NCBI GenBank assembly: GCA_963725665.1
Contig: CAVRZA010000011.1
Coordinates: 320,001 to 384,000 of the forward strand
DNA: 64,000 nucleotides
Direction: 5' to 3'
DNA from: an uncultured Actinomycetes bacterium
Lineage (GTDB): Bacteria; Actinomycetota; Thermoleophilia; UBA2241
Shown: one piece after another, positions 38,547-49,202 of the stretch
Numbering within the stretch: the first letter of the stretch is position 1
How the letters are laid out: every line of letters starts with the position of its first letter
Notes under the pieces: model-generated
What the model was told of the DNA's origin: nothing
The model's database searches: none
The model's input: the letters and a program-made list of their open reading frames with translations, nothing else
Translations under genes and position numbers: made by a program

Positions 38547-40145
38547 GTGACGAAGAGGACGGGGGCGATGGCGGCGCGGCGCGTCGGCGGCGCGCCCGCC
38601 GCCATCGCCCCCTCCGGCACCGCGGCGGTCGCCGACGACGCGCCCGACGGCGCCGCTCTCGACTCCGCCGAGGTGCGCCGTTTCGGCTGGTGCGTGCTCG
38701 CGTTCGCTCTCGCGGTCGCCGCCGTCCTGAGCCTGCTCTCGATCCAGCTCTACAACGGCTTCGCCTTCGGCCGCTACGACATGGGCAACATGGTGCAGGC
38801 GGTCTACAACACGGCGCACGGGCACGTGCTCGAGGTCACCGGTGCCGACGGCAAGCAGTTCACGCGCCTGGGCGCCCACGTCGACCCGATCCTCGCTTTC
38901 TTCGCCCTGCCCTGGCTCGTCTGGCCGAGCCCCAAGATGCTGCTCGTGCTGCAGGCCGTGATCGTCGCTGCTAGCGCGTGGCCGGCGTACCGTCTGGGGC
39001 TGCGCTTCTTGAAGGACGTGAGGGCGGCGGCGCTCTGCGCCGCCGCCCTCCTCCTCTACCCGCCCCTGCAGTTCACTGTGCTCAACGAGTTCCACCCCAT
39101 CACGCTGGTCATCCCACTGCTTCTCTTCGCCTTCCTCTACCTCGAGGAGGACCGGGTGTGGCGTGCGCTGCCCTTCCTCGTGCTCGCGGCGATCTGCAAG
39201 GAGGACGTGCCCCTCGTCATCGTCCTCATGGGCGGCTACTTCGCGCTGCGCAAACGTGCCTGGTGGCCGCTCCTCATCAGCGCGGCGGCGGCCGCCTACT
39301 TCCTCCTCGCGGTACTGGTCGTGATCCCCCACTACAACCCCGGGGGGAGTCCGTTCATCAACCGCTACACGCCGACGGGCTCGACCCCGGGCGACGTGGT
39401 GCGCGAGCTGCTGGGCCACCCCACGACGACGGCGGGCAAGCTCTTCGGCTGGTCGAACGTCCACTACCTGCTGCAGCTCCTCTGGCCGTTCGCCTTCATG
39501 CCGGTGCTGAGCCCTCTCACGGCGCTGATCGCGCTGCCGGAGTACCTCCTGAACGGACTCTCCACGGTCACCTACCAGCGCTCGATCGCCTTCCACTACG
39601 TGGCCGCCGAGGTGCCCTTCCTCTACGCGGCCGCGGTGCTCGGCATCGCCCGCCTGCACCGCTGGCTCGTGCGCGGTGTGGGCCCGTGGAAGGTCAAGGA
39701 GCGGGACGGCAAGAGCCCAGAGCAGCGGCGGTCCCTGATCGGCGTCGAAGGCCTCGCCCTCGTCGTCCTTGTGGTCTCGGTGGCCGCCAACTACTTCATG
39801 GGACCGCTGCCGCTCTCGCTCCCGGGGGCGAGGTATTCGGGCGCCGCCTACCGCGTGCCAAGCCACGCGAAGGCCCTCACCGGAGCCGTGCGCATGATCC
39901 CAAGGGGAGTGACGGTGAGCGCGGAGAACGACGCCGGCTCGCAGCTCTCCGACCGGCGCGTCATCTACGTCTTCCCCTACATGGACGAGGCGAAGTACAT
40001 CGTCGTCGACGACAGGAAGCCCTTCTGGTTCGACAAGCCGAACGCCGCGCTGCACAGCCAGGCGCTGGGGCAGTTGGTGCTCAACCAGGCTTACCAGTCG
40101 GTGTACGCGCTTGACGGCGTCTACGTCTTCAAGCGCGTAAAGTAG
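38547..40145 (+). CDS. DUF2079 membrane protein (probable GT-C fold)
   Basis: YDMGNMVQAVYN, LGAHVDPIL, LLVLQA, EFHP, CKED, FHY. Confidence 0.8.
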   Translation: MTKRTGAMAARRVGGAPAAIAPSGTAAVADDAPDGAALDSAEVRRFGWCVLAFALAVAAVLSLLSIQLYNGFAFGRYDMGNMVQAVYNTAHGHVLEVTGADGKQFTRLGAHVDPILAFFALPWLVWPSPKMLLVLQAVIVAASAWPAYRLGLRFLKDVRAAALCAAALLLYPPLQFTVLNEFHPITLVIPLLLFAFLYLEEDRVWRALPFLVLAAICKEDVPLVIVLMGGYFALRKRAWWPLLISAAAAAYFLLAVLVVIPHYNPGGSPFINRYTPTGSTPGDVVRELLGHPTTTAGKLFGWSNVHYLLQLLWPFAFMPVLSPLTALIALPEYLLNGLSTVTYQRSIAFHYVAAEVPFLYAAAVLGIARLHRWLVRGVGPWKVKERDGKSPEQRRSLIGVEGLALVVLVVSVAANYFMGPLPLSLPGARYSGAAYRVPSHAKALTGAVRMIPRGVTVSAENDAGSQLSDRRVIYVFPYMDEAKYIVVDDRKPFWFDKPNAALHSQALGQLVLNQAYQSVYALDGVYVFKRVK

Positions 40146-40262
40146 CGCTCGCCCCCGCCCGCTGTTCTCCAGCTTGCGACGCCCCTCCAGTCGCCCCACT
40201 ACCCGTGTAGAACTCGTGGGTGCGGGGAGAATCTAGGCCAAACCACCTGAAAGGACCTTGGC

Positions 40263-41282
40263 ATGGAACTCGGGATGATGGGTCTCGGCCGCATGGGCGC
40301 CAACATGGCCTTGCGGCTTACGCGCGCCGGCCACGGCATCGTCGGCTACGCGCGTCATTGGGAGACGGTGCAGCGCGTCTTGGATGAAGGGGCCATCGGG
40401 CGCGGGGCGCACTCGCCCGAAGAGCTCGTCTCCATGCTCACGCCGCCGCGCGTGGTGTGGTTGATGGTGCCGGCCGCCTCCGTCGACGCGACGCTCGACC
40501 TGCTCACGCCGCTCCTCTCGGAGGGCGACACCGTGATCGACGGGGGCAACTCCTACTATCGCGACGACATCCGGCGCGCCAAAGAGCTCAAAGCGAAGGG
40601 CCTGCATTACCTCGACGTCGGCACCAGCGGCGGGGTGTGGGGCCTCGAACGGGGCTACTGCCAGATGATCGGCGGCGAGCCCGAGGTGGCCCGGCGTCTC
40701 GACCCCGTGTTCGCGGCTCTCGCCCCCGGCGCCGCCGCGGCGCCGCGCACCCCCGGCCGCGAGCAGGCAGGCGGGACGGCCGAGCAGGGCTACCTGCTCT
40801 GCGGTCCCAACGGCGCCGGGCACTTCGTGAAGATGGTGCACAACGGCATCGAGTACGGTCTCATGGCCGCCTACGCGGAGGGCTTCAACATCCTGCGTCA
40901 CGCCAACATCGGCAAAGAGGAGGCCGTCGTCGACGCCGAGACGGCACCGCTCTCCGACCCCGACGCTTATCGCTACGATCTCGACCTTAAGGACATCGCC
41001 GAGGCCTGGAGGCGCGGCAGCGTGGTCGCCTCGTGGCTCCTCGACTTGAGCGCCGCCGCCTTCCTCAAGAGCCCGCAGCTCGAGGAGTTCGGCGGGCGTG
41101 TGGCCGACTCGGGCGAGGGGCGCTGGACGATGCACGCCGCCATCGACGAGGGCGTGCCGGCGCCGGTTCTGGCCACCGCGCTCTTCGAGCGGTTCTCGTC
41201 GCGCGGGCACGCCGAGTTCGCCGACAAGCTGCTCTCGGCCATGCGCCTCGAGTTCGGGGGGCACGTCGAGAAGAAGGGCTAG
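40263..41282 (+). CDS. gnd: 6-phosphogluconate dehydrogenase, decarboxylating (short type)
   Basis: [47 protein letters not shown]. Confidence 0.95.
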   Translation: MELGMMGLGRMGANMALRLTRAGHGIVGYARHWETVQRVLDEGAIGRGAHSPEELVSMLTPPRVVWLMVPAASVDATLDLLTPLLSEGDTVIDGGNSYYRDDIRRAKELKAKGLHYLDVGTSGGVWGLERGYCQMIGGEPEVARRLDPVFAALAPGAAAAPRTPGREQAGGTAEQGYLLCGPNGAGHFVKMVHNGIEYGLMAAYAEGFNILRHANIGKEEAVVDAETAPLSDPDAYRYDLDLKDIAEAWRRGSVVASWLLDLSAAAFLKSPQLEEFGGRVADSGEGRWTMHAAIDEGVPAPVLATALFERFSSRGHAEFADKLLSAMRLEFGGHVEKKG

Positions 41283-41316
41283 GGGAGTAGGTCGGGCGGC
41301 CGGCCGGAGGGGAGGG

Positions 41317-42141
41317 ATGGACGCTGCGATGGCCGAGGTGGAGGTCTTCGCCGAGCCGGCGGCGGTGATGCTCGCGGCGGCGGAGCAGGTGGTCGAGGCG
41401 GCCACGACAGCGGTCGCGGCGCGCGGACGGTTTGCGGTCGCCCTGTCGGGCGGCTCGACGCCGAAGGCGCTCTACGAGCTGCTGGCGACCGACGAGTACG
41501 CGCGCCGCATCGACTGGCCTCGCGTGCACGTCTTCTTCGGCGACGAGCGCTGCGTGCCGGCGTCGGATCCGCAGAGCAACGAGCGCATGGCGCGCGTCGC
41601 CCTGCTCGACCGGGCGGCGCTGCCGCAAGAGAACATCCACCCCATGCGTTGCGCCGACGATGCGACGGGGGCGGCCGCCGCGTACGAGCGCGAGCTGCGC
41701 TCGTTCTTCGCGGCGGCCGCCCCCGTCGGCGGCGCTGCCGCCGACCCAAATGCGCAGAGCGGCGGCACCACCGCAGACGTCGAACCGCCCCGCACCTTCG
41801 ACCTCGTCTTGCTGGGCTTGGGCACCAACGGCCACACCGCCTCCCTGTTCCCCGGCCTCTGCGCGGTGCGGGAGACGAGGCGCTGGGTCGTCGCGGAGTA
41901 CGTGGCCGAGGTGGGCCAGTGGCGGATGACACTGACGGCGCCGGCCATCAACGCCGCGGCTGCCATCACCTTCATCGTGACGGGGGCCGAGAAGGCGGCC
42001 GTGCTGCGGCGCGTGCTCGAGGGCCGGCGCGACGTGAACGTCACGCCGGCCCAGGCCATCGCGCCGCATGCCGGCGGTCGCCTGCGCTGGCTCGTTGATG
42101 CCGCCGCGGCCGCAGGCCTGAAGGAGGCGGTGTCGCCGTGA
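41317..42141 (+). CDS. pgl: 6-phosphogluconolactonase
   Basis: ALSGGSTP, FFGDERCV, SN, DLVLLGLGTNGHTASLFP, RMTLT. Confidence 0.94.
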   Translation: MDAAMAEVEVFAEPAAVMLAAAEQVVEAATTAVAARGRFAVALSGGSTPKALYELLATDEYARRIDWPRVHVFFGDERCVPASDPQSNERMARVALLDRAALPQENIHPMRCADDATGAAAAYERELRSFFAAAAPVGGAAADPNAQSGGTTADVEPPRTFDLVLLGLGTNGHTASLFPGLCAVRETRRWVVAEYVAEVGQWRMTLTAPAINAAAAITFIVTGAEKAAVLRRVLEGRRDVNVTPAQAIAPHAGGRLRWLVDAAAAAGLKEAVSP

Positions 42142-42887
42142 GCGATCAGAACGGTATCGGTGCAGGTGGCCGTGGCCCGGCGGCCGACCCTGCCGAGGTC
42201 GAGCGCCTTAAGCAGGCCGCCGCCGAGGCCGGCGCCGAGCTTGTCGAGTCCGCCACCGTCGTCGGCCTCGGCGGCGGCACGACGGTGCTCTACGCGGTGC
42301 GCCGCCTTGCGGAGCGGCTGCACTCGGGCGAGCTCCACGATGTGCTCTGCGTGTCTTCGTCGCGCGTCACGACCGACGAGGCCCTGCATCTCGGGCTGGC
42401 GCTGACGACGCTCGAGCAGCGCCCGCGGGTCGACCTCAGCATCGACGGCGCCGACGAGGTCGATCCGCGCCTCGACCTGGTGAAGGGAGGCGGGGGAGCG
42501 CTGCTGCGGGAGAAGGTCCTCGCCCAGGCGAGCCGGCGCGAGGTGATCGTCGTCGACGGCGGCAAGCTGGTCGAGCGGCTGGGCTCGACACGTCCGGTGC
42601 CGGTTGAGGTGGCGACCTTCGGCTGGCGCGCGCAGGCTCTCTTTTTGGAGTCACTAGGGGCGCGCGTGACGCTGCGCGAGAACCGCGACCGCTCCCCGTT
42701 CCTTACCGAGCAGGGCAACCTGATCCTCGACGCGCGGTTCGGGCCGATCGACGATCCCCGCGCGCTCGCCGCCGAGCTCGAGCGGCGCGCGGGGATCGTC
42801 GAGCACGGTCTCTTCCTCGACCTCACCGACGAGGTGATCGTCGCCGACGCGGCCGGACTGCGCACGCTGACACGCAAAGAGAGCTGA
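42138..42887 (+). CDS. rpiA: Ribose-5-phosphate isomerase A
   Basis: IDGADEVD, KGGGGALLREKV, PVEV, GIVEHGLF. Confidence 0.95.
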   Translation: MSDQNGIGAGGRGPAADPAEVERLKQAAAEAGAELVESATVVGLGGGTTVLYAVRRLAERLHSGELHDVLCVSSSRVTTDEALHLGLALTTLEQRPRVDLSIDGADEVDPRLDLVKGGGGALLREKVLAQASRREVIVVDGGKLVERLGSTRPVPVEVATFGWRAQALFLESLGARVTLRENRDRSPFLTEQGNLILDARFGPIDDPRALAAELERRAGIVEHGLFLDLTDEVIVADAAGLRTLTRKES

Positions 42888-43006
42888 GGCCGGCCCTTTC
42901 AGCGGAGAACGAAGGGCTCGCCCAGCCACGTCGTCCCGACCGGGAGCGGCCTACCTCGCGCACGTTGGGTCATCGTCTTCCGCGCACCTTCGCCCGCGCC
43001 GAACAC

Positions 43007-44296
43007 CTACGCCACCCAGCTGAACATGCCGAACTTCGCCGCCAGCAGGATCGAGCCGGCGATGAAGATGCCCGTCACCCAAGCGTGTGCCCGGGGCCGG
43101 TCGCGCGTGAGTAGCGCCAAGGTGATGAACAGCGGGAAGGCGGCGAGGACGAAGCGCGGCATCGACATCAGCGGCTGGTAGTGAGCGGGGAAGAAGAGCG
43201 GAAAGACGACCATCGCCAGGGCGAACGCCGTGTACGGCACGGGCAGGCGCGTGGTGCCCTTCCAGAGGAGGAAGATGGCGAAGGCCACGGCGCCCAGGGC
43301 GACGAGGTTCGCCACCGCGAGCGGTACCTCCGCCCCCGGGTTCGGCGCCGGCCAGAGAAGGGGCGCGCCTGGCCCCCACAGCAGCCTGATCACGCCCCGG
43401 AAGCTTGCCTCGGCGCCCTGCCAGAGGGCGAAGTTGGGCGGCGCGATGAAGCGCCGCCACTGGTCCTGGACGCGCGCGAACAGCAGCGGGCTGTGGAAGC
43501 CAAGGCTCAGGTAGGCCATCCATACCATGAGGCCCTCGGGGATCATGAGCAGCGACGCTGCCTTGGCGTCGGTCCCCCGTAGGCTGTAGCCGCGGCCGCG
43601 GAAGTAGTAGAGGGCCATGGGGATCAGCAGCATCACTCCGGTGCTGCGCGTCAGCGTGGCGGCCAGACCGGCGAGACCGGCGAGCCTCCAGCGGCCGGAG
43701 CGCGACCAGGTGAAGCAGGCGAGTCCCAGCAGCAGGAACAGCGACTCGCTGTAGACGGCCTGGAAGAAGAAGGCGGTCGGGAAGAGGGAGATGTAGAAGA
43801 CCGACAGGTACGCCGTTCTGTGGTCGAACTCCGCTTCGACGAGCCTGTAGAGAAGCACCATGGCACCCACGTAGCACGCCAGCGAGAAGACGATGCCGGC
43901 GATAACGAGGTTGTTGTTGAACGCCACGCCGACCCAGCGCAGCAGGAGGGGGAAGAGGGGAAAGAAGGCGACGCTGCCGTCGTTGCTCGCGTAGCCGTTG
44001 ACCGCGATCTTGATGAACCAGACGCCGTCCCAGTGCGCCCAGGGGTTGAGGAAGTCGCCCAGGATGCCGTGGAACACCTCGGCCCGGCGCGGATAGCGCA
44101 GCGCCCAGGAGGCGGGGTTGACGCCAAGGAGGGTGACGGCGACGCCTGCGGCCGCGAAGGTGAGCAGGCGCGCGAGGCCGGCGACCACCAGGGCACGTTT
44201 GAGCGAGTAGGGCGAGGCGGCCACGACGGCGATCTCGCGATCGCCGGCGGCCGCCTCGGCGTGCGCGCTCTCGGACTCGATGGAGCCGTCGGTCAT
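43007..44296 (-). CDS. PIG-V-like (GT-C) mannosyltransferase family protein
   Basis: WDGVWFIKIAVNGY, AFFPLFP, YSESLF, TRSTG, SMPRF; GAGGAG + ATG 44296. Confidence 0.87.
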   Translation of the reverse strand: MTDGSIESESAHAEAAAGDREIAVVAASPYSLKRALVVAGLARLLTFAAAGVAVTLLGVNPASWALRYPRRAEVFHGILGDFLNPWAHWDGVWFIKIAVNGYASNDGSVAFFPLFPLLLRWVGVAFNNNLVIAGIVFSLACYVGAMVLLYRLVEAEFDHRTAYLSVFYISLFPTAFFFQAVYSESLFLLLGLACFTWSRSGRWRLAGLAGLAATLTRSTGVMLLIPMALYYFRGRGYSLRGTDAKAASLLMIPEGLMVWMAYLSLGFHSPLLFARVQDQWRRFIAPPNFALWQGAEASFRGVIRLLWGPGAPLLWPAPNPGAEVPLAVANLVALGAVAFAIFLLWKGTTRLPVPYTAFALAMVVFPLFFPAHYQPLMSMPRFVLAAFPLFITLALLTRDRPRAHAWVTGIFIAGSILLAAKFGMFSWVA

Positions 44297-44478
44297 GAAC
44301 TCCTCGTCCTCTTCGCGTCGGTCCTCAGGCCGGTCAATCCTATAGGTGCGATGACGCAGGCCGTGAGCGGCAAGGCAGGCCGTGAGCGGCACGCTGGGGC
44401 AACCTTCAGGAGTCGGGCCGACCCCTCCTCCACCCACCTTTGGGCAGCGAGGCGCTCACCGGCACGGTGATGTCGGCT

Positions 44479-45012
44479 CTAGGGCGACGAGGACTGTGAC
44501 GGAGTGGGCTCCGCTGAGGGCTCGCCGCCGCCACCCCCCGGGATGTCGTCTCGCACGTCGTAGAGGACTTCGCCGCTGTGGTAGTCGAGCATGGCGACGA
44601 TCGTCGTCTGGTTGGGGTCCGGCTTGTCGATGCTGCCCGAGACCTGCCAGACGAAACGGTACGGAGGCGTGATGGTGGTCGTGACCGACTGCGAGCCGAC
44701 GTCGTGGGTGAATGTGTACGGCTTGCCCTTGGGAAGGAAGAGCAGGCGCACCTCGTGGGGGTCGACCCCGGATCCGGCGAAGAGCGAGATGGCGCTGCGC
44801 AGGGCCTGGCCCGATGTCTTGAGCTGTGAATCGCCGGGCACGGTGAGCGCCGTGTAGATGAAGGCCCAGCTCCGCCATGGATGGGTGAGGAAGGAGCGGT
44901 TCTGGCTCGCGGCCGTGTAGCGGAAGGCGACCAGGGAGGGCAGGTAGAAGACGATCGCCGCCACGACGACTATGACGAGCACCCAGAACGCGCGGCTGCG
45001 GCTTCGGAACAT
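44479..45012 (-). CDS. Hypothetical membrane-anchored protein
   Basis: N-terminal hydrophobic segment, GGAGGAG RBS, plausible composition. Confidence 0.6.
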   Translation of the reverse strand: MFRSRSRAFWVLVIVVVAAIVFYLPSLVAFRYTAASQNRSFLTHPWRSWAFIYTALTVPGDSQLKTSGQALRSAISLFAGSGVDPHEVRLLFLPKGKPYTFTHDVGSQSVTTTITPPYRFVWQVSGSIDKPDPNQTTIVAMLDYHSGEVLYDVRDDIPGGGGGEPSAEPTPSQSSSP

Positions 45013-45063
45013 ACGCGGCTCCTCCCGACCGGAGTATTCGTCATCGCTTCGGAACGTGTCAAA

Positions 45064-45115
45064 CGAGGGGCGCGCGGCGGGGCTGCCGTGTGGCAGCCCC
45101 GCCGCGCGCCCCTCG
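45064..45115 (-). terminator. 24-bp perfect hairpin after the MBL hydrolase gene
   Basis: CGAGGGGCGCGCGGCGGGGCTGCC-gtgt-GGCAGCCCCGCCGCGCGCCCCTCG. Confidence 0.7.
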
Positions 45116-45135
45116 AGGCAGCGCTCCGACGTCCC

Positions 45136-45927
45136 TCAGAGCTCCCGCCAGTAGAGGTCGGGTACGACCGAGGCTCCCGCGAAGGTCTCGCGCGCCGACG
45201 CCTGCTGCTGCTGGTAGTAGGCCTCGTCCATGAGCGGGTTCAGGTGGATGAGGAAGAGCTCGCCTGCTCCGGCATCGGCAGCGACCTGCGCCGCCTGGCG
45301 AGCCGAGCTGTGCGCCTTGTAGGCGCGCGCCACGAACTCCTCCTTGCCCGGCTGCTTGTCCTCCACGCCGTCGATCCAGGTCTCGTGCAGGAGAAGGCGG
45401 ACGCCCTTGGCGAACTCGGCCGTGGCGGGGTCGTAGACGGTGTCGGTGGCGAGCACGAAGGCGTCGTCGACGCGGTAGGCGACCGTCGTGTCGGGGTGGC
45501 ACTGCTGGCGCACGCGGACCTCGTGGCCGGCGACGTCGTTGGCGCCCTCTTTCAGGGAGTCGAGCGTGAGACCCGGAAGATCCAAGGAGCCAGGGTTGTA
45601 GGGATGCCGGATGAGCTCTCCGACGCCCTTCTCGATGTCGACGCCGTTGACGGACGCCTCGGGAGCGTGGATGTGCAGGACTCGTCCGGCGAAGAGCGCC
45701 GGCAGGTAGGCGAGGCCGCAGACGTGGTCGAGGTGGTAGTGGGTGAGGAAGAGGTGGAACTCCTTGGCGCGCTGCAGCATCGCCGAGGCAGGCGGCTCGA
45801 CCAGGCGACCGAGGCCGGTGCCGGCGTCGAAGATGAGTAGTCGCTCGCCATCCTCGACCGCGATGCTGGTCGTCTCGCGGCGCTGTGTGGGGATCCACCC
45901 TTGCGTGCCCAGCATGGTCAGTCTCAC
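45136..45927 (-). CDS. MBL-fold metallo-hydrolase (RNase Z/BN-like)
   Basis: LGTQG, FDAGTG, THYHLDH, TDT, LLHE, HSS, LIH; AGGAGG + GTG 45927. Confidence 0.85.
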   Translation of the reverse strand: MRLTMLGTQGWIPTQRRETTSIAVEDGERLLIFDAGTGLGRLVEPPASAMLQRAKEFHLFLTHYHLDHVCGLAYLPALFAGRVLHIHAPEASVNGVDIEKGVGELIRHPYNPGSLDLPGLTLDSLKEGANDVAGHEVRVRQQCHPDTTVAYRVDDAFVLATDTVYDPATAEFAKGVRLLLHETWIDGVEDKQPGKEEFVARAYKAHSSARQAAQVAADAGAGELFLIHLNPLMDEAYYQQQQASARETFAGASVVPDLYWREL

Positions 45928-46312
45928 GTGGTGCGCCTCCTGGGTCATGGTATTTCGTAGCAGGAACTGCATGCCTATACCCTCTGCGGCTGCCGTGAAC
46001 GCACGGACCGCATCCTGCCCAGTCATCGGCCCAGCGCATGCTCGACGTCGATGAACTAGTTGGGCGCCGATCTCTGGAAGCTCCCGGCACGCTGGCCTCA
46101 AGTGAGAACCTTGGTCATGAGGTCCGCGGCGGTCAGGCTTCGGCTCACGGCATTGGGCACACCCGGGGGCCGTAAGTCGGGGCTCTAGGCCGTTCTGTGC
46201 CCGAGTTTCTAGCGACGGCTTCAGCCGGGCTTCCGTTTGGCTCACGCAGGTCTACGAGTCAGCATAGCCGCGAACGGGGCGGGGAAGCTCTTTTGTCACG
46301 TCCTCGGCTTGC

Positions 46313-49186
46313 CTACATCCCTACGGCGCCCCCCATGTCGTCGGTGATCGTCTGGCGGACCTCGTTGAAACCCTGCCAGGGATCAGTCTCCAGGTTGGCG
46401 AGCCGACGGCGCATGTTGCCCACGGTGTACTGGTCGGGGCGCAGCTTCGGTGAAAGCTCCTCCCAGCGCAGGGGGGTCGAGACCGGCGCGCCCGGCCGGC
46501 GTCTGGTCGAAAACGCGGTGACGTAGGTGGCGCCGCGGCCATTGCGCAGGTAGTCGATGAAGATCTTGCCTGTGCGCTTCTTGAGCGCCATGGTGGAGAC
46601 GTAGTGCTCGGGGTCGGCGCTCACGATCGCCTCGGCGAGCGCCTTGGCAAACGCCTTGACCTCGTCCGTGGGGAGCGTCGGCTCGATGGGCGCGACCACG
46701 TGCAGCCCCTTGCCGCCCGTCGTCTTGAGGAAGCTCCGCAAGCCGAGGCCGCCGAGCAGACTGCGCAGCAAGCGCGCCCCTTCGGCGACGCGCGCGAAGG
46801 GCAGCTCGGGGTCGGGGTCGAGGTCGAAGCAGAGCTGGTCGGGAGATTCCACCGCCTCGATGCGCGAGCCCCAGATGTGGAACTCGAGCGCTCCCATCTG
46901 CACCAGCGACAACAGGCCCGCGAGCGAGTCGATGGCGAGGTACTCGACGAGCTCGCCGCCCTCACGGATCGGCAGGCGCATGATCGTCTCCGGGAAGCTT
47001 GGTGCGGCGTGCTTCTGGAAGAAGCACGCCTCGGCACGGCCCTCGGGGCAGCGCACGATCGTCAGCGGCCGGCGCGCAACGTAGGGGAGCATGAACTCGG
47101 CCACGTCATCGTAGTAGCGCGCTACCTCCAGCTTGGTGAGGCCGATGTCGGGATACATCACGCGCTCGGGGTTGGTTATGGCCACGCCACCGACGACCTC
47201 GTAGCGCTCGCCCTTCTTAAGCCTGCGTGTGCGGATGGGCTCGCCGGCGGGAGCGCCCGGCTCGGCCGTCTTGCGCGACTCCCCCGCCGGGGGACGTTCC
47301 CCGGGCGTCCTCTTGCCGGCCGGCGCCTCTCTCGCGGCCGCTCGCGGCCGCTCTTTCTGCGCCGGCCGCTTCTTGCCCGTCGCCTGGGGAGCGCGTCGCC
47401 CTGCGCTCTCGACGGCCGTCGCCTCTGCCCTCGGCAACGCGTCGGGCGGCGGCGCGAACGGCTGCAGGGCAGCCGTTCGCGCCGCCGCCCTCTCGGGCAC
47501 AACGTCGCTGGCGGGCTTGTCGAGACGCAGACCCTCGAACGACGGGTGGCGGAACATGCCGCGGCCGTTCCACGAGAGGTACTCGATCTCGGCCACGAGG
47601 TCGGGACGCACCCACTGCACGCCGGCGACCTCGCGGCCCTGCGGCGCGTCGATGAACGGCGTCTCGTCGCGCTGCAGCTGGTCGAGCCGCGCGCGCAGCT
47701 CGCGCATCGACTTCTCGTCCCAACCCGTGCCTACGCGCCCGGCGTAGCGCAGCGGCCCGGCCGCCTCCTCGTGGAAGCCGAGCAGGAGCGCGCCGACGCC
47801 GCCGGTCGTCTGGGCGCGTTCGGTGAAGCCGCCTATCACGAACTCCTGGCGCTGCAGGCACTTCACCTTGAGCCAGTCGCGCCCGCGGCCGGGCCGATAC
47901 GGCGCGTCGCGGCGCTTGGCGATCGAACCCTCGAGGGCAAACTGGCACGCCTGCGCGAAGAACTCGTCCCCGCGCCCTTCGACGTGATCGACATAGCGCA
48001 CGCGACCAGTCTCGCCGAAGCGCGCAAGGAGGCGCCTGAGCGCCTCCTTGCGCGCGTACAGCGGGCTCTTGGTCAGGTCGTAGCCGTCGAGGTGGAGCAG
48101 ATCGAAGACATAGTAGACGATGCGCCCTTCGGGGTCGGTGCCGCTCTGCAGCGCGCTGGCCAGCTTGAGGAAGCTCGTGCGCCCGTCGGGCTTCACGTAC
48201 ACGACCTCGCCGTCGAGCAGCGCGCGCCTGGCGGGCACCTCCTCGACGGCGTCGATCAGTGTCGGGAAGTGATCGGTCCAGTTCGCCCCGCGGCGCGTGA
48301 ACAGCGTGGCCTTGGCCCCCTCGAGGCGGCTCATCACGCGGTAGCCGTCGAACTTGATCTCGTGGATCCAGCCGTCGCCGACGGGCGCCTCGGGGACCAG
48401 AGTGGCGAGCTGGGGCTCGACGCGGTCGGGGAGCGGCGCCCTGCGCGCGCCGGGGATCTTCGCCGGATCGAGGAGCGCCTCGAGGCGCCGCCTCTTGGGC
48501 GCCGGCCGTGCGGCCTGCGCCTGCTGCGCCTTGAGGCGCGCCACGACCTCCGGCGGCTGCTCGCCGGGCGCGTCGCCGTCCGTCCTCCACACGCGGTCGG
48601 CCTCGGCGGCGATCTCCTCCATCGATCGGCCGCTCTTGACGCTCTCGGGACGCCGCCCGGCGACGTCAGCTTCGCCTGCTTCGCGCGCCTCGTCGTCGCG
48701 CTCCTTGAAGAGCAGCCAGCTCTTCTTGTCGTCCTCCTCGCCGCGCCGGGGGCGCAGGCGGACGAGCATCCAGCGGCCGCGCAGCTTCTCCCCCTCGAGA
48801 CGGAACTTGAGCTGCCCCTCACGGCAGGACTTCTCGGGGTCGGCCGCCGACTCAGCCTCGGGGTACCAGTGACCGTGGTCCCAGACCATGACGGTGCCGC
48901 CGCCGTACTCGCCTTTCGGGATCACGCCCTCGAAGTCGGCGTAGTCGAGCGGATGATCCTCGACCTGCATGGCGAGGCGCTTCACCTCGGGATCGAGGCT
49001 CGGCCCCTTCGGCACGGCCCAGCTCTTGAGCACGCCGTCGAGCTCGAGCCTGAAGTCGTAGTGCAAGGCGCGAGCGGCGTGCTTTTGGATTACGAAGAGG
49101 TTGCCCTCGCCGCTCGACTTGACCTGGGGTCCGGGCTCGGGCGTCTCAGTGAAGTCGCGCTTCTTGCGGTACTCCTCGAGCGCCAT
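46313..49186 (-). CDS. ligD: NHEJ DNA ligase D (phosphoesterase-ligase-polymerase)
   Basis: LEEYRKKRDF, QKHAARALHYDFRLE, EIKFDGYR, WLKVKC, FDLDP, KTTGGKGLH, FIDYLRN. Confidence 0.96.
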   Translation of the reverse strand: MALEEYRKKRDFTETPEPGPQVKSSGEGNLFVIQKHAARALHYDFRLELDGVLKSWAVPKGPSLDPEVKRLAMQVEDHPLDYADFEGVIPKGEYGGGTVMVWDHGHWYPEAESAADPEKSCREGQLKFRLEGEKLRGRWMLVRLRPRRGEEDDKKSWLLFKERDDEAREAGEADVAGRRPESVKSGRSMEEIAAEADRVWRTDGDAPGEQPPEVVARLKAQQAQAARPAPKRRRLEALLDPAKIPGARRAPLPDRVEPQLATLVPEAPVGDGWIHEIKFDGYRVMSRLEGAKATLFTRRGANWTDHFPTLIDAVEEVPARRALLDGEVVYVKPDGRTSFLKLASALQSGTDPEGRIVYYVFDLLHLDGYDLTKSPLYARKEALRRLLARFGETGRVRYVDHVEGRGDEFFAQACQFALEGSIAKRRDAPYRPGRGRDWLKVKCLQRQEFVIGGFTERAQTTGGVGALLLGFHEEAAGPLRYAGRVGTGWDEKSMRELRARLDQLQRDETPFIDAPQGREVAGVQWVRPDLVAEIEYLSWNGRGMFRHPSFEGLRLDKPASDVVPERAAARTAALQPFAPPPDALPRAEATAVESAGRRAPQATGKKRPAQKERPRAAAREAPAGKRTPGERPPAGESRKTAEPGAPAGEPIRTRRLKKGERYEVVGGVAITNPERVMYPDIGLTKLEVARYYDDVAEFMLPYVARRPLTIVRCPEGRAEACFFQKHAAPSFPETIMRLPIREGGELVEYLAIDSLAGLLSLVQMGALEFHIWGSRIEAVESPDQLCFDLDPDPELPFARVAEGARLLRSLLGGLGLRSFLKTTGGKGLHVVAPIEPTLPTDEVKAFAKALAEAIVSADPEHYVSTMALKKRTGKIFIDYLRNGRGATYVTAFSTRRRPGAPVSTPLRWEELSPKLRPDQYTVGNMRRRLANLETDPWQGFNEVRQTITDDMGGAVGM

Positions 49187-49202
49187 GCCGCCGTCCGCGC
49201 GG

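Noticed and set aside
45950-46310. attC-like palindrome or hidden gene between the MBL hydrolase and ligD
   Set aside because: GCCCAGC...GTTGGGC is too short and imperfect for an attC site, and no convincing ORF was found.
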